From the IMG/VR virus record IMGVR_UViG_3300001528_000285, positions 1,381 to 65,380 of that record: 64,000 nt of DNA; one strand, 5' to 3'. The DNA is from a virus (Duplodnaviria; Caudoviricetes). The translations under genes and the position numbers were made by a program. The notes under the pieces were generated by a model. The model was not told where the DNA came from, searched no databases, and saw only the letters and a list, made by a program, of their open reading frames with translations. The first letter of the stretch is position 1; every line of letters begins with the position of its first letter. Of this stretch, positions 50,552 to 59,411 are shown piece after piece.

Positions 50552-50854
50552 TTAAAACATATCTTGTAGAATTTTTACTTCTTTCGCGCGCTCAATCATC
50601 TGTTCATGAACGTAATCATAAAGTACCTTCATTGCTTCAGGTGCTTCACCGTTCTTGGGCTTGTAATCATTGATTAGAGCAACAACTCGGTCGTGAAGTT
50701 TGGTGTAATGCTTTACTTCCTCTTGGGAGAGGTCGTAAAATATTTTCGCAGTAGCAGCGTCCTTGGATTTGTATTTCAGCGCGAGTTCGATGTAGGTGTC
50801 TGCGTCGTTGAGTTCGGATGTGATGTGCTCGAATAAGCATTTGATGATTTTCAT
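50552..50854 (-). CDS. Small ferritin-like four-helix protein, GC-richer than its surroundings
   Basis: E...Y, EEVKH and HE metal-ligand pattern; visibly higher GC. Confidence 0.6.
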   Translation of the reverse strand: MKIIKCLFEHITSELNDADTYIELALKYKSKDAATAKIFYDLSQEEVKHYTKLHDRVVALINDYKPKNGEAPEAMKVLYDYVHEQMIERAKEVKILQDMF

Positions 50855-50904
50855 TGTAGTTACTCCTTTCCTTAAGATTTGAGTGGGGCGTGGAGATTGG
50901 TTAG

Positions 50905-53353
50905 TTAGACCAAAGAATCGTAGGAATCTTTAATGCAAATAACTGTATTACCTTTAGTTGGAGGGATTATAAATTTACCGTTTCCATAACATGCATTACC
51001 ATTATAATCTTTAGGTAATGTACCTTCAGTCCATGTAGCACAATCAGTAGAATAATAAATCTTAGTATTTTGTATTAGTATAAATTTATTAGAACCGTAT
51101 GTAGCACCTCCGGAATATGGTTTATTACCAACAGTCCACGTAATGCCATCTGGAGATGTCATAATATTGTCTACAGAAGAGCCTGAAACTACTAACTTAC
51201 CATTACCATAACAGAAATCATTCCAATAACCATATTTAGGAGAAGCTGTAGCAACCCAATTAATACCATCAGTGGAATAAGCAGCAGTAGTGGTATTACC
51301 ATTAGGTAGAGTAACAAATTTACCATTTCCATAGCCCAAAGCTGACCAATAAGTACTACTTGGTAATGTACTAGCAGTCCAATTAATGCCATCAGTTGAA
51401 TAAGCAGCTATATTGCTACCAAAATTAGTATCAGTTACTATAGTCACATATTTACCATTACCATAACACACAGAGCCCCACTTAGCAATACTAGGTAATG
51501 TACTAGCAGTCCAATTAATGCCATCAGTTGAATAAGCAACTATATTACTACTATAACCATCGGTTGCTGTAGCTACATATTTACCATTACCATAACACAG
51601 TTGTTTCCAATAAGCAGTACTGGGCATTGTACTAGCAGTCCAGTTAATGCCATCAGTTGAATAAGCAACTTTATTAGTATTTCCCCATGGAATGGAAACA
51701 AATTTACCATTACCATAGCATATATTTGACCAGTTGCCATCGCTAGGCATCGTCCCTGTAATCAAACTAGGTTTTACACTTACCGCAACTTTCGAATACC
51801 CCGTACAATCAAACGTTCCATTTGCTGTTTCAGTCAACGTTCCTTTAGTACAAACTTCGCTCGCTGTAACCGTTACCGCAGTACCACTCTTCGCAGCCAT
51901 AGCATTATACCCAGCAGTACCAGTACTAATTTTCGGAGTAACAGTTGCAGTAGTACCACTAATACTCTTAGTCGCACTTACAGTACCCAATGTACCAGCC
52001 GCAATAGCAGATATAGATACAGTTTTATAATTAGTAACATCAATATTACTCTGAACGGAAGTACCAGAAGCTAACGCCTTATTACCACTTACTAGTTCAC
52101 TAGCACTTACGGTCACCGCAGTACCAGTTTTAGTTGTACCAGTAATATATCCAGTAGTATCTGTTACCTTCGGAGTAACTGTAATACTGTTATTACTGAC
52201 AGTACCTTTAGTAGCAGTAGGAGTTCCCTGTGTACCACTCGCAACACTCTTACTTACTGCACTAGCATAATATCCAGCAGGCACGCTCACTGTTGCACCA
52301 CTTGCACTTAAATTACTCTCAGTCCTAGTTTCAATATTACCAGTTACTAACTTTCCATCATTATCATAAGCAGATACGCTATTCAGCATACCACTCTTAA
52401 TAGCACTTGCAGCACTTGCTCCATCAGGAGTCAAATGTGCAAGGCTAATCTTTACATCATCTGTATATCCTTTATTAATATATAAATAACTATCTTGTAC
52501 TAATATAGGAGCAGAAGTTGTACCAGAAATATCTTTATAAGATGCTTCTGTTTTACCATCTGCTACTGCATTACCAAAACTAGCACCAGTAACTTTAGTA
52601 CCAGAAGTCATAAAACCCGCAGAAGCAGAAACTGTTCCTTGGGTGAAAGTAGTTCCACTAATAGAACCAGCATTTTCACTAATAGCTGATGCTGCAACAT
52701 TAGCAGTTTTATAGTTAGTTACATCAGTATCACCAGAAGCAGTAATAGTTTTAGTACCATTAGTTAACTCTGATGCAGTAACAGTTACAGCAGTACCAGT
52801 TTTAGTTGTACCAATAATGTAACCAGTAGTATCTGTAGAAGAAGGTGTAATACTAATACTATTATTACTCACAGCACCTTTAGTAGCCGTAGGAGTACCT
52901 TGTGTACCATTTTCTACAGATTTACTTACTTCATTTGCATAGTAACCAGCCGGTACACTAACAGTAGCACCACTAGCAGACAAATCGCTCGCATTTTTTT
53001 TTTTCGATAGTTCCTGTGTATTTAGTACCTTTTGAATACGCAGTAACATCTTTTAACATCTGATCACCACTTGTCATAGTGGCATCTCCAGACGGATCAC
53101 CTTGTTTTTGAACTTCTGTAGCATAATATCCTGCAGGAATCGTTACAGTTCCATTTACAGAAGTAACATCATCACTAGTTTTAGTAGGAATTGAACCAGT
53201 AATTTTCGTACCACCAGAGTAAGCTGTCTTTGATTCTAATATATCACTAGCCGCAGCCGTTGCATCAGTAGTATCATTTAAATTACCAGCATTTAATGCC
53301 ATACCATCAACAATGATAGCTTTACCATCAACTGCAATAATTTTTAAACCCAT
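50905..53353 (-). pseudogene. Tail fibre with C-terminal Asp-box beta-propeller, frameshifted at an A11 tract
   Basis: ORFs 52973-53353 and 50905-53049 fuse into one 815-aa protein if the tract at 52994-53004 is A10. Confidence 0.75.
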
Positions 53354-53560
53354 AATATCATCTCCTTTTAAAATTTGGAAATGCTTCCATACTTATATTA
53401 CTGTGTTTTTTATATATAATAAATATTATTATTTGTTATATACTCTTGAAAATATTAAACCAGAAGATTTTTTATAATATAATCATTTCCTTATTATAAT
53501 GTTTTACTTAGTAATAAAATGTAGATATGAGAGAAAAATCTCTCATATCTACAAAAAATT

Positions 53561-53695
53561 TTAAGATACGGTGTACTTTTCACCAACAATTTCTTTATAT
53601 TCATCTGCTGTTATAACACCCTTTTTAACAGCATTACCGACCATAGTTTTAGTCCATAACTTATATTCATACCATCTTTTAATTTTGTCTTTCAT
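53561..53695 (-). CDS. XkdX-family small tail protein
   Basis: MKDKIKRWYEYKLWTKTMVGNAVKKGVITADEYKEIVGEKYTVS*. Confidence 0.8.
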   Translation of the reverse strand: MKDKIKRWYEYKLWTKTMVGNAVKKGVITADEYKEIVGEKYTVS

Positions 53696-53697
53696 AA

Positions 53698-54051
53698 TTA
53701 AGCCTCCTCCTCTAAAAGTGTATCCGTCATCATTGCAGTATACGTAGCTTGTGCATTAAGACGTTCAAATTGTGAAGGTTCAATTACTTGAGACTGGTCA
53801 TCATAAATTACTTCTTCAGGTTCAGGAATAATCTCAGGTTCAGGAATATATTCCTCAAAAGACTGTGTCTCAGAATTATATTTCATACCTGTATGAACGT
53901 TCTCATATTCAGCAGTTTGCAAAATGCATTGATTAAAATAATTTAGTGTAACCCTTTTGTTTAGAGGAATATTAGGAAAAATGTCCTCATACTCAGGTAG
54001 GATGGCATCTACAATCTGATTAATAGGATTGATGTGAATATACTTATTCAT
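53698..54051 (-). CDS. Tail fibre assembly-like protein
   Basis: RBS AAAAGGAGG; ends AQATYTAMMTDTLLEE as in Firmicute tail modules upstream of XkdX. Confidence 0.65.
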   Translation of the reverse strand: MNKYIHINPINQIVDAILPEYEDIFPNIPLNKRVTLNYFNQCILQTAEYENVHTGMKYNSETQSFEEYIPEPEIIPEPEEVIYDDQSQVIEPSQFERLNAQATYTAMMTDTLLEEEA

Positions 54052-54068
54052 ATGATTATTCCTCCTTT

Positions 54069-55087
54069 TTAGAACCAAATGGCTACACAGCCATTTACAC
54101 CGCCACCGATGGTTCTGATATTATCTGCCGGCACACCATTGCAGAAACCAGATGCACTAGCATTTTGCCCATTAGAAGCACCTCCAGTAGAAGATGTTCC
54201 ATCATTACCATTTAATCCTGTTAAGTTATTAGTTACATATCCAGCACTTCCACCACCACATCCAACAGATACTGCAATCGGTGCAGTATCTTGAAGAATG
54301 ATAGTTGTTTTTACTATATCACCAGTATTCCCACATATTTCTCCCCATTGAGCACTACCACCACTGCTAATACCACTTATGTAATAAGAAGAACCACCAA
54401 CGCCATATCCAATTGAACCTGCAATAGATATTTGTGAAGGACTATAGTAACCTGTTCCGTTAGCTGCTGCAGGTATACTAGAATCAATATATCTACTAGA
54501 TAAATAAATAAATGAACCATAACTATTATTGTTGTATGTTGAATAACCATATGAGATCCAAGGAATCATATTTTCAACTGTTGCACTAGTTATTTTGGAT
54601 CTTGTTGTACCGCTGGTACTCTGATTACTAATATAGTCAGGTAATGTATTTTTTACACCAATTTGATAGTTGTTTAAAATGAATCCCTTTAATGAATCTA
54701 TTACTTTTATTCTACCAATACTAATCATTTCTTGAGGTACATCTACATATATTGTTGGAGCAGATGTTCTATTCATAGGATGACTTTCGCAATAAGGAAG
54801 CCAACCTCCTGATGGTATATTTATAAATTGAGCACCAAATTCTGCTAAATAACCAGTTCCACCAGTTCCCCCATTAGCAGTAACATAATCACCAAAAGAA
54901 CTTGGAGCTCCAGCTCCTCCAGTAAGTTTAGTATGAGCAGATGATTTGCTAGTAGGGGTCGAAGCATAAGCTATGCCCCCAGCACCCCCCCCCCGCCAAC
55001 AGCGACGACTCTGATCACATCTCCAACTTTTAATCCATAATTCTTAGGATTAAACATGCAACTTTGTGTAAAAAGTAAAAATCCCAT
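54069..55087 (-). pseudogene. Glycine-rich tail-associated protein, frameshifted at a G10 tract
   Basis: ATG 55087 (RBS AAAGGAG) reads ...VVAVGGGG then stops; G11 or G8 at 54985-54994 restores a frame continuous to 54069, including GGAGAPSSFGDYVTANGG. Confidence 0.75.
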
Positions 55088-55101
55088 ATATTATCTCTCC
55101 T

Positions 55102-55257
55102 TTACCACATAACTTGATCTCTGCTATAAGTTGCGTAATTACCCTCACCAATAAGATCAATTTCTAAATTAGATATTTGACATACACGACTTCCATATGT
55201 ACTAATAGATTCAGAACTACTAGAACTTTTAGAAGAGGTTACTGGATTAAATATCAT
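55102..55257 (-). CDS. Small hypothetical protein (51 aa)
   Basis: MIFNPVTSS...DQVMW*; RBS AAGGAG. Confidence 0.55.
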   Translation of the reverse strand: MIFNPVTSSKSSSSSESISTYGSRVCQISNLEIDLIGEGNYATYSRDQVMW

Positions 55258-55366
55258 AGTATCACATCTCCTTTTTATAATTATTGCCTTATCATATTGT
55301 TAGTATTAATAATAAAATGCGGATATGAGAGAAATTTTTTTCTCTCATATCCATATAAAAATTTAT

Positions 55367-55633
55367 TTACATATTAATAGCTTTCTTAGCATACTTAACG
55401 AAGGTTTCCTTATACTCGTCACGTTCACCATTATACTCAACTTCACCGGTAGCCTTATCAATCCAAGCAAGTGCATTAGTAGCACCATCATAAACACACC
55501 AGGAAGTATCCTGAGTTTCAGTAACAACAGTACCATCACAATAACGTTCATTCGTATTAGGAACATACTTAATCCAACTGTCCTTATACTCTTCATTAGT
55601 AAAAGAAACACTCTTGATATCTTCAATATTCAT
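55367..55633 (-). CDS. Hypothetical protein
   Basis: RBS GAAAGGAG; late-type promoter at 55662-55673. Confidence 0.7.
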   Translation of the reverse strand: MNIEDIKSVSFTNEEYKDSWIKYVPNTNERYCDGTVVTETQDTSWCVYDGATNALAWIDKATGEVEYNGERDEYKETFVKYAKKAINM

Positions 55634-55791
55634 AATAAAAATCTCCTTTCATATATAGTATTATATAAATGTTAATAATAAAAATTATATTATTTTTTGT
55701 ATTAAATTTTTATGGATATAATTAATACTAATTAAATGTAGATATGAGAGGTTTTTCCTATATCTACATTTAATTAGTATATAAATTATAA

Positions 55792-55893
55792 TTAATATCC
55801 AAGTAACTTTTCAACTTCTTCACGTAAATTCTCAGGAACATCATCAAGTGTCTTAATATCTTTACGAATTAATGCAGCATAAATTTTTGCCAT
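55792..55893 (-). CDS. CD1375-like small protein
   Basis: MAKIYAALIRKDIKTLDDVPENLREEVEKLLGY*. Confidence 0.75.
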   Translation of the reverse strand: MAKIYAALIRKDIKTLDDVPENLREEVEKLLGY

Positions 55894-55894
55894 C

Positions 55895-56242
55895 TCACTT
55901 GCCTCCATTCATAAGCATCTCATAAATCTCAACGAGTGCAGATTGCACATCAGTTAATTCTGTACTATTATTACTAATTTCCTTCTTAATACGTTCCATT
56001 ACCTTTTCTTCTTCAGTCTTCTTGCCAATAATAATATAGGATTCATTATTATAAATCTGATTTGCAACTAATACAGCATCTTCAATAATCTCTTCACTAT
56101 TATCATCAAGATTAATAATAGTTACTGTATCCATATTGTTATCAAATACTTTATCTTCAATTATTTCACTTGATACATAGTTATTACCATTTAATACTAA
56201 GTTATCAAGAATAGTTCCGTCATGTAACTTAATTCTATACAT
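55895..56242 (-). CDS. Tail module hypothetical protein
   Basis: Overlaps the RT stop; ends DVQSALVEIYE. Confidence 0.7.
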   Translation of the reverse strand: MYRIKLHDGTILDNLVLNGNNYVSSEIIEDKVFDNNMDTVTIINLDDNSEEIIEDAVLVANQIYNNESYIIIGKKTEEEKVMERIKKEISNNSTELTDVQSALVEIYEMLMNGGK

Positions 56243-57452
56243 TATGATATGCCTCCTCTACTAATTTTTCAAATAATTTATTCATATTTTTACGTTGTTT
56301 TTTACTCATGAGTTTATAATAATTATTAAACCATGATACAAACCAAATGTTAAAATCAAATTCTGATAAAACACCAGCAAGTTTTTTCATCTTTTTACGC
56401 ATTGCTGTAAGTCTTTTTGGATTAATCTTTTGAATAATTCGACCAGTTTCAGTTAATGAGTATTTAATTTGAAGAAACTTCCAAGTATCCGATAATTTGC
56501 ATATACGAGTCTTTTTAATATTAATTGTAATACCAAGTGAATCAGCAATTTTTATAATATCAATAAGCAATGTTTCTAAAAACTCTTTGCTTTCATGTAT
56601 TATATAACAGTCATCATTATATGCAGCATATAATTTAATTCCTTGTACTATTTTTATATATTTATCAATAGGAGATCTATACAATATTCCAGAACTCTGT
56701 GATATTTGATCTCCTAAATTCAAATGTTTATCCATATATTTTTCACCAGTTAATAATTCCGAATCTATTTTATTATAATCCAAGGAATTAAATAAAACGT
56801 TCATACAATTTGCATATTCATCATCATCCATATATGAAACATCAATTCTTGAACGTTTCATAGATTCTTTCAATAACCATAATGCATATTCATCTTGTAT
56901 ATATTTATTAAACATGTCCATTAATGTCTGGTGTACAATGTTATCATAATATTTAGAAAAATCAATTAATAAAATATAGCCATCATTACTTCCATGCGTT
57001 ATATAATAATGTCTCAAATGCTTAAGAAGTCTTTCTCTTGTAAATTTTAATCCTTTTCCTTTAACACTCGCTCCACTATCATATATAAGATATTTTTTAA
57101 TGGCTGGATTAATGATCCCATCACAAAGAGCATGTTTAACAATTCTATCTTGTATTTCTTCTCCTGTGATTGGTCTAGTCTTTCCTCTTTCATGTAATAT
57201 AAATTTTGTAGTAGGATAAAATTTATATTCCTTATTTATTAATTCTTGTTGCATTCTGCTTAATTCAAGAAGATAAGACATTTCAAATTTTTGTACCTTA
57301 GATTTCCAACTACTGTTTTTCTTTGCTTTAAGATAGCTTTCATACAGTAGATTTCCATCATATATTTCACGCTTATAGTCGCTTTCACCTGCACGGCAGG
57401 TACTCTCGTAAGAGCGGACGTCGTGTTTAGTATTTACCATACGGAAGGACAA
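56235..57452 (-). CDS. DGR reverse transcriptase
   Basis: KTRPI, DRIVKHAL, IDFSKYYDNI, LGDQISQ, YNDD; adjacent TR and avd. Confidence 0.92.
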   Translation of the reverse strand: MSFRMVNTKHDVRSYESTCRAGESDYKREIYDGNLLYESYLKAKKNSSWKSKVQKFEMSYLLELSRMQQELINKEYKFYPTTKFILHERGKTRPITGEEIQDRIVKHALCDGIINPAIKKYLIYDSGASVKGKGLKFTRERLLKHLRHYYITHGSNDGYILLIDFSKYYDNIVHQTLMDMFNKYIQDEYALWLLKESMKRSRIDVSYMDDDEYANCMNVLFNSLDYNKIDSELLTGEKYMDKHLNLGDQISQSSGILYRSPIDKYIKIVQGIKLYAAYNDDCYIIHESKEFLETLLIDIIKIADSLGITINIKKTRICKLSDTWKFLQIKYSLTETGRIIQKINPKRLTAMRKKMKKLAGVLSEFDFNIWFVSWFNNYYKLMSKKQRKNMNKLFEKLVEEAYHNV

Positions 57453-57506
57453 TCTCTCCTTTCTATTTACTACGAAGAGCTCAAGTGGCTATTAAATCGT
57501 AGAATT

Positions 57507-57599
57507 GAAATCGGGGCGCACGCCATTCTCATTGGACGCGTTATTGTAGTTCGCATTGCCGTTGTTGTTCACATTAGCAAAATTAGCAGAAGACACGTT
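57507..57599 (-). repeat. DGR template repeat (TR)
   Basis: AAY-rich 93-nt copy of the VR; all 17 differences fall at TR adenines. Confidence 0.95.
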
Positions 57600-57654
57600 A
57601 TCAGATATTGCCCTTTAAAATTTGTTGCTATTTTTATATTATTTTTTAATTAAA

Positions 57655-58194
57655 TTAATTTTCTTTATATATTTTCTTTTTAAATTTATTATCAGATTTA
57701 CGCCAAGCTTTAATCAAATCAATTTCTTTCTGTATTCTATCACCAAAACGTAAATATTTATTAACATCAACAGGCAATATTTCAATTGCATACTGTAACT
57801 CTTGTACGAGCCGATAACATTGCCCGATTGCTTTATCTTGGTAGAGTCTGCGTTCAATCAATTCTTCTTGGCATGTCGGATAAATATTATTTGCAATATA
57901 TACTAATTCAACAATGCTTCTTAAACAATCAATAACTACTTTACGCTCATCTGCAATAAACCAGTCATCAAATGCTTTATTTTTTGCCATAATCTTATCA
58001 AACATTTCATTTTCTTTCGGTGATAATTGTTCTCGTGTTCTTCCACCAAACCGTTTTTCAACTTTTTTAATCGCTTTATCCATGTCATAACCAAAATTAT
58101 ACAATAATAATTCAGTAATTTCAGTTCGCAGTTTATTTAAATTATGAAATACTTCAAACTCTGATTCTTTACGTTTTGATTTTACTACAGACAT
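57655..58194 (-). CDS. avd: DGR accessory variability determinant (Avd-like)
   Basis: Helical, IANNIYP...ERRLYQDKAI...WRKSD; lies between target and TR. Confidence 0.85.
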   Translation of the reverse strand: MSVVKSKRKESEFEVFHNLNKLRTEITELLLYNFGYDMDKAIKKVEKRFGGRTREQLSPKENEMFDKIMAKNKAFDDWFIADERKVVIDCLRSIVELVYIANNIYPTCQEELIERRLYQDKAIGQCYRLVQELQYAIEILPVDVNKYLRFGDRIQKEIDLIKAWRKSDNKFKKKIYKEN

Positions 58195-58226
58195 TTCTTA
58201 TATAGTCCTTTCTTTTTTTTTGAAGT

Positions 58227-58248
58227 CGCGCCCCACAAAGGGGGCGCG
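58227..58248 (-). promoter_or_regulatory. DGR GC-rich hairpin/cruciform downstream of the VR
   Basis: CGCGCCCC-N6-GGGGCGCG immediately after the target stop codon. Confidence 0.85.
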
Positions 58249-58251
58249 GAT

Positions 58252-58989
58252 TTAAGATATTGAGAAAGCGGGGCGCACGCCAATCTCATGGGACGCGTAA
58301 AAGCAGAACGCATAGCCGTAGCTGCTCACACGAGCAAAATAAGCAGAAGACACGATGTCCCTAAGCCAAAACCATTGTCTATTAGAAATCATATACGGGT
58401 TATGAGTAAATAAAGGAAACTGTGATTTATCTACAGTATATAAATACGGAATAGATGATCCGTCAGAAGATGTAGCAAATACTTTACCACCATAAACATT
58501 TTGTTCAGTCATGAGTTCAACTGTACTGTCAGCCCAAACTCCGCCTGAGGGTTTACCATTACTAACAGCATTAACTAATAATTGTCTATGGGTTAAGATA
58601 TGATCTGCACCAAATGCGGTATTAATAGTTGTCTTTGCTTGATCAAGTCCAGTTGTATACATTTTTGAACCAACGTAACCACCAGTAGTTACGTTATCAT
58701 CATTCATAACATGATAATACATATTTGTATCTGGAACAATAGTAACATGATGTTTAGTCGTTGCAGTATCTCCAGTAGTGAGATAATAATCGAAGGCTGC
58801 AATACGATAATTAATACTACCAATAGTCCAATAATCACCAATAAATAAATCATCAAATGTACCAGCAGAAATGGCTGCCCATTGAGCAGATGTAACAGAT
58901 GTGCCTAAATACTTTCCACGATAAATAGAATTATGGGAACCAGCATTTGCAAATATTTTAAAAGAAGAAGCGCCATTATTCATAATCAT
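58252..58989 (-). CDS. DGR target protein, probable C-type lectin fold
   Basis: C-terminal VR, WFWLR...GVRPAF pattern. Confidence 0.85.
   Translation of the reverse strand: MIMNNGASSFKIFANAGSHNSIYRGKYLGTSVTSAQWAAISAGTFDDLFIGDYWTIGSINYRIAAFDYYLTTGDTATTKHHVTIVPDTNMYYHVMNDDNVTTGGYVGSKMYTTGLDQAKTTINTAFGADHILTHRQLLVNAVSNGKPSGGVWADSTVELMTEQNVYGGKVFATSSDGSSIPYLYTVDKSQFPLFTHNPYMISNRQWFWLRDIVSSAYFARVSSYGYAFCFYASHEIGVRPAFSIS
58264..58356 (-). repeat. DGR variable repeat (VR)
   Basis: Encodes IVSSAYFARVSSYGYAFCFYASHEIGVRPAF; matches the TR except at adenines. Confidence 0.95.
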
Positions 58990-59018
58990 AAAAATATACC
59001 TCCATTATTATATTTTTA

Positions 59019-59339
59019 TTATTGTTTTACTGCATTATTTTGTAACCATGTGAGTAAATCTCCTGTAGGTGATTCAAGAAAAGTAATAGTACGATAAGCT
59101 TTATCTATCCAACCATCTTGATAAACTACAGAATCATCATATTTTAATACATGCATCCAAGCTTCAGTATCAATTAAATCTGGTGCATATAATTTACTTA
59201 TTTTTGTATATGTTACATTATTTGACTTAAACGATATTTCAGTTAACGGCGGATTTATATTATTAATAATTATATACTCATTAAGTAACCAAGTATTAGG
59301 ATCAACTTTCTTTTTAGTTTTAGGTAAATTATATATCAT
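59019..59339 (-). CDS. Tail-associated small beta domain protein
   Basis: TWLLNE...YRTITF..PTGDLLTWLQNNAVKQ; RBS GAGGTG. Confidence 0.7.
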   Translation of the reverse strand: MIYNLPKTKKKVDPNTWLLNEYIIINNINPPLTEISFKSNNVTYTKISKLYAPDLIDTEAWMHVLKYDDSVVYQDGWIDKAYRTITFLESPTGDLLTWLQNNAVKQ

Positions 59340-59411
59340 AAAATCACCTCTAAAATATATTATGAATGGAGACCACAAAGACGTGGTCTCCATTTATTAT
59401 TTACATATTAT

